A DNA stretch of 64,000 bases from Octopus sinensis (Eukaryota): contig NC_042998.1 of assembly GCF_006345805.1 (NCBI RefSeq), positions 39,742,001-39,806,000 of the forward strand, given 5' to 3'. The translations under genes were made by a program, and so were the position numbers. A model generated the notes under the pieces. That model was not told the DNA's origin. It was given only the letters and a program-made list of their open reading frames with translations, and searched no databases. This document shows positions 38,901 through 52,182 of this stretch, piece after piece. Numbering within the stretch: the first letter of the stretch is position 1; each line of letters opens with the position of its first letter.

Positions 38901-39199
38901 GTACAGTTTCTTAGTGATTTGTTTATTATAGTTTCTTTTATGTTGGGCCCTAATGATGTTTCTTTACAGACAAACAATTAGAGAGAGAACACTAAAAATA
39001 ACCGTTTTCTAGAAAAAGTCCGATTTTTCTGCAGATTCTGACTTCAGATTCTCCTGGAGAAGATCTTGATTGGCCAACACAATTTATTTCATGCTGGCCA
39101 AATACAACAAACGGAGATGCATTGGATATGAATCTGCTTTAGAAAAAAACAAAAAAGTGAAACATAGAAGAAGACAATTACATTAATTACCTGGAGACA

Positions 39200-39550
39200 A
39201 GAACAGGTGTGCTTTGGTGGAGATTTTGCATCTCTGACAAATAACAGGGGAGTTTTGCAACTAATAGCCTGCTGCTGCTGCACTGTGTTCACCCTGATGT
39301 TCTGTCCAAGGAAAGGTTTTTCTCTTGCAATATGTTGTGGAAGAAAGCTGTAATTCCTGAGTTGATATGCTGTTGAGACAATATTTGGGTATGTATTGTG
39401 AAAAGGTTTGTAATTATCCAAATAAAATGCAAAACCAGAATGATCAATTGCTACAGGTGGGTTTATCAAGATTGTCTTGCAACCATCAGCTTGGACATCG
39501 GTCTCGTTGTGATTCAATCAAAGCATTGGCAGAAATTTACAAGACTATGT
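39200..39550 (+). mobile_element. Possible very old hAT transposase relic
   Basis: Frame-broken fragments NRGVLQLI..LLHCVHP and HRSRCDSIKALAEIYK loosely resemble the hAT CxxH and TRW.SR..AI.AL motifs. Weak evidence. Confidence 0.3.
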
Positions 39551-40189
39551 TGTACAGAAGTGTAACTGTTATACACACATATCATCGTCATCATCATCAT
39601 TGTTATTACCTCATCATCATTTAATGTCTATCTCCCATGCTAGTGTGTGTTGGGTCCATGCGTCAACACTGGTGAGGTCACCACGTAACTTGTAAGACAA
39701 AGATCGCTCAACTGAGAGGGGTGTTGAAGGACGTGGATTTGTGTCAGGTGATGAGAGATTACTCTTTGGTAAAGGGACAGAAACAGGTGTCTTGCTGTAG
39801 AGAAGATACATGGATATACCAGTCAGAGGAAGAGAGAGAGAGAGAGAAAGAGGGAGAGGAGGGAGAGAGAGAGAGATGGTGGTGATGTGCCAGAGCATAC
39901 TCTCATGGTATAAGTGTGTGAATATAAATGGAATGGTAAGGAATTGTTGTGGGTGCATGGGTAGGGAGTTCATGAGAGTGCAAAAGAGGAAATGCAGTGA
40001 GTGATAAATCCTGAGTTTATAGGGGAGAGACGCAAGAGCAATGATAGAGTTGACAGAGCAGTGTTTGGCTGTAGGAATGGTTGGGGAGAGAAAAGCATAT
40101 TGCACGAAGAAGAGATGTAAATTGGTTCATTGGTGTAGGGCATGTTAATGTTACATGTGGGTGAAATATGAAGCACTTTCAGAACTCAG

Positions 40190-41200
40190 TTTTGCTGAGG
40201 TGAGAGGATCTTCTCAAGAATCTCATATCACCAGACATCTCAGTCCATTGTCATCCCTGTGAGACCCAATATCTTGAGATTGGCCCTCATTACTTCATCC
40301 CATGTCTTCTTGGATTTCCCTGTTCCACAGATTCCACCCAATCTAAGCAGTCAGCACTTCTTTATACAGCTGTTTTCTTATATATCACATGTCCAAATCA
40401 ACGTAGTCTTCTCCCTAGCATCTGATTTCTCTAATGTCAAACTTTTTCACTTGGCACATTTGCACTTCATCATATATGCACACTGATTTTGCACATTTGT
40501 TGACCAGCTTCATTTCTCTCTGGTCTATGCATTTTCTTCTGAATTCAGAGCCCATGTCTCACTACCATGGAACAGTTCATATCGAAGCCTTCCACTCTGA
40601 GAGAGAGAGAGAGAGAGTCCTTTTGTTGCCAACAGACATAATAGCACTCTGAACTTCTTACATACTGTTCCTATTCTTGCAACAATACTTTCAGAACATT
40701 CTCCTTCTCTGCTGATTAGGTCACCTAGGTATCAGAAACTATCTACAACCTCAATGGAGTCTCCTAGGAATTTAAGTATGTAATTCCTGTGTGTCCTTGT
40801 CACATATTGTTCATGTACAAATACAACTTTCCCTGTTAACCAGCATGTGATTTCACTGCATTTCTTAAGTGTCCATAGCTTGCACTGGGTGCAATGAATG
40901 GAATTCCTTCCAACACCTTTCCTACATACTGAACAGAGCCATTTACCTGACAGAAAGATGGTCTTATCTGCTTTCTTGCTCACAGCAACTTTGGTCTTTG
41001 CTAGATTAACTTTAAGGCTCTTTGATTCCAAGTTTTGCTCTCATCCCTGGATTTCTTCTCTGACTCCATTACAAATTCTATGTTAAGAGTGAGGTTATCG
41101 GCACAACTAGGGACAACCAGTTTTAAATTGCTCTGTTATGGCCTGGAGGACTATGATGAATAAAAAGGGACTGAGAACTGAGTCCTGGTGAACCCCTACT
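40190..41200 (-). mobile_element. Degenerate RTE LINE with a Cys-rich insertion after the RT core
   Basis: GVHQDSVLSPFLFIIVLQAI (about 41120-41190). LKVNLAKTKV..KWLCSVCRKGVGRNSIHCTQCKLW..C (40732-41031). KTWDEV..LGLT C-terminus near 40250-40320. A second copy of the GV.QGSVLSP segment lies at about 42355-42450. Confidence 0.8.
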
Positions 41201-41516
41201 TGTACACCAAATTTGTTACTGTACTCATGGCCTACTGACCGCATCCCTGTACATGTCTTGTATGACTCTAACATAAATATTTATTATTTTAGAAGGCTAA
41301 TTGGTATATATATCATCGGAGCTATTATATATATATATAATAGCTTGGATGATATATACCATCCAAGCTATTATATGCAACCTATGTATATATAAACAGG
41401 TCTAATTTAGTTATTTCTCTATAGATTGAGAAACTAACATCTGTTATAGTATATATCATCTGATATATTATATCACCTGATCTAAGAGAATTGTTTTGTT
41501 GAATTTTGTATTTCAG

Positions 41517-41647
41517 ATGAAGTTGATGGGACACGAATGACTCTGCAGAACTTGTGTTTTAATCAGCCAACTGCCCAGATCAAGCTACTCTGTGGTGCTG
41601 ACCTTTTAGAATCATTTGCAAAACCAGGACTTTGGAAAGATGAAGAT
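41517..41647 (+). CDS. NMNAT: NMNAT coding exon 5 (DEVDG...[23 protein letters not shown])
   Basis: TTTCAG acceptor and GAT|GTTTGT donor; 131 nt, phase 1 to 0. [15 protein letters not shown] is diagnostic of NMNAT. Confidence 0.97.
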
Positions 41648-42037
41648 GTTTGTTTTATTCATTCTATTTTACTTTCATATTTCTTTACTTGACCATTATT
41701 CTCTCCTCTAACTTATGCATCTTCCAAAATATTAAGTGCTACTGTTTTATGATGTTTCTTTATTTGAATGTTTACTTGCATATCTCAGAAACAACTGAAG
41801 CTAACAAGGTCACATAATCAAAAAATAATTATTTAGAAAAATATATAATTTCTATTTTTCTCTCTCTCTCCCTTTTTTTTTTGCTTTTCGAAAGTTTGAA
41901 TGTTTAAAAGATTTTAAAAACTTTCAAGAGAACATCACCTTTTATCTTTTACTTGTTTCAGTCATTAGACTGTGGCCATGCTGGAGCACTGCCTTGAAGA
42001 ATTTTAGTTGAACAAATTGATCCCAGTACTTATTTAA

Positions 42038-42257
42038 GCCTTTCATTATCAGATTTCTTTTGAGATGCTCTGTTTCTTTCAATTAATTTTAAATATAACA
42101 AAGAACTTCGTAAAATAACTTAGTTATCATTTAGCTAGTGTTAGGAACATAAATTGTGACTAAGGTTTGGTGGAAGATTTTAATTCAGAACTTATGAAAA
42201 CAAGACATTTGTATGACAGAGCCAGAGGCTGTTTCAACTGGGTTGGTCTCAAGAGGG
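42038..42257. mobile_element. piggyBac-like MITE inserted in a family A SINE fragment
   Basis: TTAA at 42034-42037 and 42258-42261. Termini (G)CCTTT... / ...GAGGG. SINE sequence resumes on both sides. Confidence 0.5.
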
Positions 42258-42745
42258 TTAAGTATTTATTCTATCAGTTCCATTTACTGAACCACTAGGT
42301 TACGGGGGTGTAAACATACCATATTCTACAATAAGAGCGAGGTCATCAGTATATAGTGGTTCTCATGGGCATCCAGTTTTGAACTCATCTGTTATGGCCT
42401 GGAGGACTATGATGAATAGGAGTGGACTAAGAACTGAGCCCAGTTGAACACCTACATCATCATTGTCATCATCATCATCATCGGTTAACGTCTGTTTTTC
42501 ATGCTGACATGATGCTAAATTCATCATTGTATTCATAGTCAACTCATACCTAACTTATGTAATACATATGTTGATATGCTGTATCATCATCCTTATTTAA
42601 TGTCTATTTTCCATGCTGGTATGGGTTGGATGGTTTGATAGGATCTAATGTGCCAATGGACAACATTGGAACGCACTTCACACCTTGGACACATTGGATC
42701 CTATCAAACCTTATTTATTACATATATGTATTACATATATATATA

Positions 42746-44425
42746 CAGGGTGCGATAGGTAAATTTTCGCTTTTTTATATTTTTAATTTTTTGCATGTGC
42801 ATTTTTTCTTTTGATTTTGTCGATTACATAGTATAGTAGGATCAGTTGGGCACCGTCTGTGAGAAAAAGAGCACCATGATGCAATTCAGAAATTTGGAAA
42901 TGACATGCTGTACTGCTTGGCATTTTCAATTCAATTCAATTTTTATTGGCTCAAAAAGGGGGACAGGGAGTTATGTACTGGGAGGGTGGTCATAGAAAGA
43001 GTTCAGGCCATTTCTGGTGAAGAGAAGCTTTGAACCGAGCGGTCGTCGGCATCTTCGCTATCTTGTCCGGCAGCTTATTCCACGGATCTGCAACCCGGAC
43101 GGAGAAAGCCCCTCTCCTTCAATTGAGATGAAATCATTGTAGATAGACCTTTTCGGAGTGACCCCGCAGCCCATGCTCTGGAGCAGGAGTGAAGAACAGC
43201 TCTTTCGAGAGGTTACACTTTCCGCTTATGATGTTGTGAGCAAGAATGAGATCACCACAACGGCGGCGTTTTTCAAGAGAATAAAGGTCGAGCGTCTTCA
43301 GCCTTTCTTCATTTGTGTTGGAAGCTCCAATACAAACATTTCAGAGTGTTTGGGTGTCAATCTGAGGACAGTGCAGAGGATTCAGAACAAGTTGGATGAG
43401 TCTAATTGTGATTACAAAAGTACGGCAGCTCGGAAAACTAACTCTGATCATTCTGATAAGAAAAGAACTCCTGAATTTGTTGGTGAGATCCAGGCCATGA
43501 TTGACAACAATCTTTCTAAGTCAATCAGGTCCATCACCAGGGACATGGGACAGTCTGACTTTCTTATCAGACAGGTAGTGCACGAAAACATTTGGTATTC
43601 CTCATACAAGATGAAAAAGGGCCAATTCTTATCCCAAGCCATCAAGGACAAGAGGAAAGACTGTGCTGTGAAGTTTTAGAACAAATTCAAGTATCTCCTC
43701 CAACTGAACATGCTTTGGTTTTTCTCAGACAAGAAAAAATTTCTGCCAGGATCAGTTGGTGAATACAGAGAACAACACTTAGCTTGCCATGTCCCCAAAA
43801 CATGTACTAAGAGTGATAAAAATCAACATCCAGTCAACATCATGGTGTTTGGGGTGATCACTAGTGATTGTGATGTTATGCCTCCATTCATCTTCCTACA
43901 TGGCCTCAGACTCAACTTGAAAGCCTACATCAAATGCTTGGAGGAGGCAGCACTATCCTGGGTTAAGAGGGTGGCTGCTGGAAGACCCTATGTCTAGCAA
44001 CAGGACTCTGCACCATTCCACTCAAGCAGGAGAACCCAGTCGTGGTTTTCAGACAATTTCTGTGACCATATCACCTCTAACTTCTGGCTGCCTGACTCCT
44101 CAGACTGAAACCCCCTTTATTATTATGTGTGGGGCACAGTTGAGCAAGTGACTAACAAAACTCCTTGTAACACCAAAGATAAACTGATGGCAAGGATTAT
44201 GGCAGCATTCACCAACTTAAACAAGGAGACTGTCCAGAAGAGCTGCAGGAGATTCCGAAGTCATCTGGAGGCAATGGTTGAAGCCAACGGCGATTTTATT
44301 GAATAAATTTACTCTTTAGTTTTTCAAGATATTTTAATGTAATTTTGGTAAATCTGTTAAAAAGAGATGTCAGTGTTATTTTCATTTTTGCATAATTTAG
44401 ACAATAATTTATTCACTACACCCTG
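42746..44425 (+). mobile_element. maT/DD37D-type Tc1-mariner transposon, defective
   Basis: TA|CAGGGTG...CACCCTG|TA termini. Transposase pieces 43158-43679 and 43710-43997, then QQDSAP.H...WLPDSSD*NPL(Y)YYVW with 37 residues between the second D and the third-D position (TAT here). Confidence 0.85.
42926..43309 (-). mobile_element. 5'-truncated CR1 LINE 3' end inserted in the maT transposase
   Basis: The minus strand reads EERLKTLDLYSLEKRRRCGDLI..RGH..FSVRVADPWNKLP, followed by a (TTGAA)n tail. TSD CATTT (42921-42925, 43310-43314). Confidence 0.85.
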
Positions 44426-44501
44426 TATATGTGCATATGTGTGTGTGTATGTGTGTGTATATATGTGTGTGTGTGTGTACACACACACACATATTTATAT
44501 A

Positions 44502-45554
44502 TGAGGGAAGTCAAAAATTATCTGCCCTTTCGCCATTACATATCTTTATTATTGTCACACTGCCTTCTGCGCCTGCGTGCTTATAGTTGGTATTATTGTG
44601 GTCATGTGATTGAAGTTTGAGCCTGATCTCACCATTTTTCGTTCTGGCTTCAGTATAGGCATAGCCGCTCCACTAGCAATGTGCACCAAAGAAGAACAAA
44701 GAGCAGTGATCCGATTTCTCAGTAAGCTCAAGAGATGGTAATGGTGGGCTGGCAATGAGATTCACTGCAGATTAATGATGGTTCTGCCTATCAAATCATT
44801 CACGATGAGCTTGGCTTCCATAAAATCTGTGCAAGAAAGCTTACTGCAGAGCACAAGCACAAATGTCTGGAGGTCTGCTGTCTACTTGATTGCTACAACA
44901 ATGAGGGCGAGGAATTCTTGAGCAGAATAGTCACAGGAGATGAAAAGATAGAGTATGGCGTGGAAACATCTTGGCTTGCCAGCAACGAACAAATTCAAGA
45001 CTCAGTCTTCTGTGGGAAAGGTGATACTAACCCTTTTTTGGGACTCAAAAGGGCCTATACTGGAAGACTTGCTGGAAAAGGGGTGTACAATCCACAGAGC
45101 AAGATACAGTGCTTTGCTGACCAACAAACTGAAGCCAGCATTTCGCATCAAATATTGAAGTCTGTTGTCCAAGAAAGTTTTGTTATTGCAGGACAATGCA
45201 TGCCCACACACTACCACCCAGACTGTTGAAACCATTAACCAATTGGGTTTTGAGATGCTGGAGCACTCTGCCTACAACCCAGCTCTTGCCCCTTCTGACA
45301 GTCATATCGTTGAACTGCTCAAAGATGGTTTACAAGGTCATTGATTTTCTATGGATGAAAATGTGAAGGAAGTGATACATAAATGGTTGCACGATTAACC
45401 GAAACCTTCTTTTCAGAGGGAATACACAAGCTTGTGGATTTGTGGATTGCTGGACTAAGTGTATCGAAAAAGAAGGAGACTCTATAGAAAAATGACATAC
45501 TTGTTCATCCCCTTGGAAAAAACAAGAGTGCATATAATTTTTGACTCTCCCTCG
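44502..45554 (+). mobile_element. mariner (DD34D-type) element, degenerate
   Basis: TA-flanked TIRs (T/C)GAGGGA(G)AGTCAAAAATTAT. EQRAVIRFL, RIVTGDE, GKVILTLFWDSKG, LQDNA and YNPALAPSD motifs. Confidence 0.88.
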
Positions 45555-45943
45555 TATATACAACTTTGGCAATATAAACAGGGAAAATAGAATTCAGAAC
45601 ATGAGTGTGTGTGTGTGTATGTATATATGATTATTATCATTATTTAGCAAAAGTTACACAGTGACTCCAAGGCCAAGAGTTTTGTTTGTTAGCACTTACC
45701 AAACTTGTTAAGTTCTAATACATGAAACTCTTGGTTCTGGAGTTACTCTATTGCTTCTGCTAAATATTTATCATCGTCGTCATTATCTTCATCATTATCA
45801 TTCAACGTCCATTTTCCATGCTGGCATGGGTCGGACAGTTTCATAGCAGCTGGTTAGCTGAAGAGGGATGCAGGGGACATACCTATATGCAAGGAGGATC
45901 ACATATTTACTTAGCTGGATGTATTGTCTCAAGCATAGCAAAC

Positions 45944-45977
<34 letters not shown>

Positions 45978-46253
45978 ATAAATATTAGGGAATAAATCCA
46001 AATTTACAGGGAAAAAAAATCAGATTTAGGATTAAATCCATTTTATAGTAAAATATTATAAAATATTATTAGAGACAAAACCACTATTTTGCAAAACAAA
46101 TTTGAAACTGACTTATTGAAAGTCCACCTGAAGATTGTCGATCAAGACAAGAAACGATTGTAGTGGCGGTTTTTTTTACTATTTATTAAAATTTTATGTA
46201 TTGATTAAGTCTTTCCTTGTTTGTTTTGCAAAATAGTGGTTTTGTCTCTAATA

Positions 46254-46289
<36 letters not shown>

Positions 46290-46296
<7 letters not shown>

Positions 46297-46554
46297 ATCA
46301 CGTGACCAACCAGTCCATCAGATGTAGTTACACATCGCTGGTCACAATGCGTTCGCGTTGTTTTAGCCTTCGAATGGCGCCACCCCGCTGGCTAAGCGAG
46401 CAGGCCAACAGAAGAAAGAGTGGTGAAAGAGTACAGCAGGGATCACCACCCCCTGCCGGAGCCTCGTGGAGCTTTTAGGTGTTTACGCTCAATAAACACT
46501 CACAACGCCCGGTCTGGGAATCGAAACCGCGAGTCCGCTGGGCCATTGCACCTC

Positions 46555-46555
<1 letters not shown>
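46290..46555 (-). mobile_element. tRNA-derived SINE sharing its head with family B
   Basis: Same GGAGGTGCAATGGCCCAG head and GCTCCACGAGGCTCC block as 13085-13375, with a different 3' body. Confidence 0.8.
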
Positions 46556-46589
<34 letters not shown>

Positions 46590-47629
46590 TATATTAAATT
46601 AGAGATAAAACCACTATTAGGCAAATCAATGAAAAACATAAGCCAATACATAAAATTAATTAATTTATATTATTTTAAATATATATCTACTCAATATATT
46701 ATTAGAGTACAAATTATTATTCTTTAATAAGAATGCTGTTGACAGTGACTTTGATGTTTCAGCCAACCAAGCCATCATCAGACTATAATTCATTCAAGTT
46801 CATCTTGGCTTTATATAATCCCTGTTAAATAAAAATTTTCTTGGATGACCCAAGTTCTGTTGACTGATAATTATGCTTTATATAATAATAATAATAAAAT
46901 AATAATAATAATAATAATTGTGTACAGTGCTCAGGTGCACTACAACTCATCTAAAGTGTATATATAATCAGGTGTAGTTTCGGCGGATTTCGGAAAGCAT
47001 GAGGGCCTTGGTAGGTTATCATGGCAAAATGGTAAGGACAAGTGATCAGAGTGTTGCACTTGTGATTGCTAGATCATGGTTTCAATTCCTGAACCGGGTG
47101 GCATGTTGTGTTCTTGAACAAAACATTTCATTTCGTGTGGCTCTGCAGTGAGAGAGTGGAAGAATCACTGGTGCATTGGCAGAAATCCTTTACATCTTCC
47201 AGCTCTTTATATTCTAACTTCATATCTCATCTGCCTCAAAAAGGCAATAGGAAACTGCTCCAGTATTTATCCCAAGTCTAACTATGGGAGCCAAAGTTCC
47301 AGTAGTCTACTTAGCAGAGGCAGGAGAGAGTAAGGACCCTCCTAGGTCATATAGAGAGTGCTGAGAGGATTCACACGCTCAGAACTTTCCCAAAGACAGA
47401 CTACCACTAGACTATATATATATTTATATATTTGAAAAAGCAAATAGAAATGGCTTTCCTGATAATTTTTCTATTTTAATAATTAGATGTTTATAAGTTA
47501 TTAGGTGTTTACACTTAATATCTTATAATCATCTAATTATTAAAGTGAAAACATTATCAGAAAAGCCATTTCTGTTAAATTTTTTGCAATGTACCAAGGA
47601 CTTTCTATTTCTTATTCTACAATATAGAT

Positions 47630-48340
47630 GTATCATCATCATCTTCATTGTTTAATGTCTGCTTTCTATGCCAGCATGGGTTGGAGGGTTTGACTGAGGA
47701 CTGGCAACCTGGGAGGCTGCACTAGGATCCAATCCTATTTGGCAAAGTTTCTACAGCTAGATGCCCTTCCTAATGTCAACCACTTTGAAAGTATAGCAGG
47801 TGTTTTTTACATGCCACTGGCATGGGGTGCCAGTCAGGTGGCACTGTCATTGACCACACTCAAATGGTGCCTTTTATCTGCCACCAGCACAGGTGCGAGT
47901 CAGGTGGCACTGGCATCAGCCATACTCAAAAGGTGCTTTTTACATGCTACTGGCATGGGGAGCCAGTCAGGTGGCACTGGCATTGGGCACACTTGAATGG
48001 TGTTTTTTATATACCATTGGCATTGGCATCAGCCACAACTATGATTTCACTCTGTTCAATAGGTCTTCACAAGCACAGCATGTTGCCTGATGATTGAAGG
48101 ATGATTTTTAATGAGCCAGTTATGAGACACTGGCATCGGCCATGACTATGATCTCACTTGGCTTTCCAGGTCATCTCAAGCACAACATATCGCCAAAGGT
48201 CTTGGTCACTTGTCATTGCCTTGGTGAGGCCTAATGTTTGAAGGTCATGCTTCATCACCACATCCCATGTCTTCCTGGGTCTACCTCTTCCACAGGTTCC
48301 CTCCACTATTAGGGTGTGACACTTTTTCACACAGCTGTCC
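47630..48340 (-). mobile_element. RTE-family 3' end with the ORF2 C-terminus
   Basis: ORF 48154-48354 VEGTCGRGRPRKTWDVVMKHDLQTLGLT..DLWR, followed by the tandem-repeat 3'UTR and (GAT)n tail. Confidence 0.85.
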
Positions 48341-49240
48341 TCATACATATGCAATATATATATATAGTTGAAATTTACAGAAAAACAAACGACAAAGACA
48401 GGTGTATGAACAACAAACAGGTGTATTAGTTTTCATGGGAAAGTGAGAAGGTCTTTTACAATTAGAGCCTACGCCCTTCAGCGGAAAGGAATAAGAGAAA
48501 AATAAACAGAAAGAATAAAAAAAACTTGTGGATTTAGTGATCAAGCATGGTGACTGGTTGGGGAGAAAAAAAGGTTTGACCGGAGAGGTAGAAAGAAGGG
48601 AAGATGATAAAGTATTGGTGATCCCAAAACGAAGGTGCATGTGTGTGTGTATATGAGAATATATAAGTGTGTATTAGTGGACAGGAACTAGCGACTTTGA
48701 CATGTGAATGTGTGCATGCGTGTGTGGATGATGTGTGTGTGTGTGCAGTGTGGGTGCTGGCAAGTGGTCGGTGCTAGTGTGTGTGGTATGGTGGTGGTGT
48801 GGTGTTGGAATGGGGATGTGGGGTGTGGACGGAGGGGGTATCAACAAAGAGAGAAAGTGGGTAGGAGTGAAGAAGAGGAAGTAGGTATCAGATGAACAGA
48901 GGAGAGTTGAGCCCATGTGGCGCAAAGAGAGAAGATTAATTCTTGTTCACGGTGAAGGCAGGAATCTGGATGGCCCCTGTGCAAAGACAATCTGAACACA
49001 GACAGGTGCTGTAGTGAATGACCAGTAGAGCAGTAATGGTGTGAGACCAGGATGCCATTACCAAATCTGATGCCTTGGAGGTGCTCCACGAACTGGTCAG
49101 CCAAGTGACATCCCATTTGGCCAATGCACAGAGAAGGGCAGGAGATGCAGTAAATGAGGTTGCTAGATGTGCAGGTTAAGGAGTTGGTGATATGATAAGG
49201 ATGATGATGAGTGCCTGTAAGGATGGTGGTGTTGGAGAGG
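48340..49240 (-). mobile_element. Penelope-like element fragment (GIY-YIG endonuclease plus pLTR-like tail)
   Basis: ORF 48841-49359: LTCTSSNLIYCISC..CIGQMG..LADQFVEH..VSHHY..GHS..EQELIFSL, the typical PLE GIY-YIG layout. Confidence 0.8.
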
Positions 49241-49247
49241 TATATAT

Positions 49248-49291
<44 letters not shown>

Positions 49292-49295
<4 letters not shown>

Positions 49296-50010
49296 GGGTG
49301 TTCATTAAAGATTTCCCTTGGCCTACTTCCCAAGGACTGGGATAAACAAAACTTGACATAATTATTAGTCCTTCTCTACATGGCCACCACTAATGGTGAC
49401 ATACTTCTCCCATCACTTTATGCAACTGAAGACTTTGTCTGTAGAAGTTGGCAGGTTGCATCTGGAGCCAAGACTTTGCCTTGGAAATAAGTTCATTATC
49501 CAAAAAGTATTTCCCCTTTAAAAAAGACTTTATGGTTGGAAAGAGGTGGAAGTCAGATGGTGCGAATCAGGAGAGTAAGGGGAATGAGGAAAGATTTCAT
49601 AGCTACAGGAGTGTGCTTTCATTTGGACAACATGTGCATTGTCTTCAAGGAGGCAGACTCCTTTGGTCAGCATGCCATGCCTCTCTGCTTTGATGGCATC
49701 CTGCAATTTCTGCAGCAGAGAAGCATATGCTCTCTTAATTGGGTGCCTTTTGCCAGAAAATCCATCATCACTACTCCGCATTGGTCCCAAAAGACTGAGT
49801 ATCGCCCTGCTTGCTGAGGGCTGGACACGAAACTTCTTTGAAGGTAGTGAGTTATCATGCTTCCATTGCTTCAACTGGACTTTAGTCTCAGGATCATAGT
49901 GATGGACACATGTTTCATCCTGTGTGATTTGTCTGCTGAAAAAAGTCCTCCTCGTTTTCTTGGCACATTGCCAAAAGAGTGTAGGAGCAATTGACTTGAT
50001 TTTTTTAATA
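49292..50010 (-). mobile_element. 5'-truncated mariner element ending about 50 bp before the NMNAT exon 6 acceptor
   Basis: TA|TGAGGGGTGTTCATTAAAG terminus. ITQDETCVHHYDPETK, LLEDNA and PHSPYSPD motifs (49530-50015). Confidence 0.85.
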
Positions 50011-50060
50011 TACATTCATTTATTGCAGTTTCTCATATTCTTTTTTTTCTCTTTTCTTAG

Positions 50061-50162
50061 CTGGAGAAAATACTTTCCAAATATGGTCTTGTTTGTATCA
50101 CTCGAGAGAACTCAGACCCAAGAAAGTTCATTTATGAAAATGATATGTTAAACAAATACCAG
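50061..50162 (+). CDS. NMNAT: NMNAT coding exon 6 (LEKILSKYGLVCITRENSDPRKFIYENDMLNKYQ)
   Basis: Long pyrimidine tract plus TAG acceptor; CAG|GTAAAT donor; 102 nt, phase 0/0. Conserved GLVCITR..D...FIY..D.L pattern. Confidence 0.97.
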
Positions 50163-51893
50163 GTAAATGTTTTGCTTGAATTTGGTTTTAATGGTGATGG
50201 TGTTGGTGGTGGCAGTGTTGTTGTTGTTGCTGCTGGTAGTGGTGTTGTTAGTGGTGGTGGTGGTGGTGGCGACAGCGGTGGCAGCAGCGGTGATGTTATG
50301 TTGTTCTGGTACAACCACTCATGGCACCTTCTTTCTTCTGATATATATAAAGATAACACTATAAACTGATAATGTTTCATAGATCTTCATTCTGAAATTC
50401 AAATTCTCCCATTGTAAAAAAATATCAAAAATATAAATGTCTAAAATAAAAATAAATAAACATAAACAAGCACGTATAGCGATTTTAGCAACCATGCTTC
50501 TCTTATGTTATTTATTATAGTGTATATTCTCTAGTTAGTTTTGTTTACAGTTAATGCAACGCTACTTATTATGTTTCCTATTTGGAAATAAATAAAGTTA
50601 TTTGGCTTTTAAAGTAAGGATGTATAATGATAGAACTGTCACTTATAACTTAAGTGTTATCATTATACACAGTCCGAACTACAGTTATATAAACGCCATA
50701 GAGAAATATACTTTCTGGAACGCTAACGAACATTCGCGAGAATGTATGTTGAATGTGATTTTCGTGTTCATTTAACCGCTATAAGAAAATACATTTTAAT
50801 AATTACAGAAATACATTTTATATATATTTGAAGATCGTGAAGAAAGAGAAAACATTTTCTTAATTAATTTTTATTATATACATATAGCATTTTATATTAT
50901 ATACAGGTGAAAGATAGGTAAATTTTGTCGTAGAGAATTATGACTATATATTTTACTATCTAATTCTTTAATCTAACTAATATTGAATCTCAACAATTCA
51001 AATAAGACTTGTTGGATTTTCCTTGGACATGGCATGAAAAATCACCAATGTCTCAAAGGAGTGAGTGTCATGGAGTTTAGTTACATCCAACAAACACTAA
51101 AGTTTTTCCCAAAATCCAGGGTTTTTATAACTGCTCAACTTGACTTTAAAGAATCAAAATTACATACAAATATTCTTTACTAATTCTTAGAATTTATATA
51201 TGAACAGTTATATTAACCAATGGAAAAACGACAATAATATTTCTTCAGCAATACGACATTACGTCATATTGCTAGCTACCACAAATTAGCGTCTTATTTA
51301 AAAATGGCTACTTGCTACACACGCATGCACGCACACACACACACACACACGCACAAATTGGTGAAATATACAAACTTTAGAGAATTATTGTAGTCCTTGA
51401 AGACAAATTAAAGAGGCAAAAACAGGTGTAATATTTAATTTAAGTATATTAAATCTTTTTAATTTACTTCAAATAACTGGTTTCACCTATGTGTGTTTGG
51501 ATGACAACCTCACTAGCACCAGTAGCAAAGAAAAAGCACCCAGTCTATGCTGTGAACTGGTTGGCACTAAGAAAGCCATCCAAACATAGAAACCAGATCA
51601 AAGCTGACAGTGGACACTATGCTGTCCTTGGATCAATTCCCAGTGTATGCCAGCATGGAGCATAGATGTTAGATGATATAATGGCAATGATTATGAGAAA
51701 GATGATGAGGATGTGTGTGTGTGTGTGTGTGTGTATAGACATGGCCGTGGGGTTAAGAAGATCACTTTGTAACCACATGGCTTCAGGTTTAGTTCCATAA
51801 CATCTTGGACAAGTGTTTTCTACAATAGCTCTTGGCCAACTGAAGTATTCTAAGTGAATTTGGACAACAGAAACTGAAAGAAGCCCATCTCAA

Positions 51894-51924
<31 letters not shown>

Positions 51925-52182
51925 CGTACCTTTTATCTTTTTTCTTTCACTTTTTTCACTCATCAGACTGGCCATGCTGGGGTACTGCCTTGAAGAATTT
52001 TAGTTGAATAGTTGTGGTGAAACACAGTTTATTAGTCTCCAACATAAACACAGATGACTTGATAATTGATCAATAAAACTAATTAATTAATGGCTCATTC
52101 CATATTAAGATTAAGCAAAAAAAATTCCAGTAACATGACAGATGCAATACAATTCCTCTTTGAAAGTTACAAATGTTGCTTC

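Noticed and set aside
39089-39517. 142-aa minus-strand ORF as a possible nested gene in NMNAT intron 4
   Set aside because: No recognisable domain or splice support. The opposite strand weakly resembles a hAT relic.
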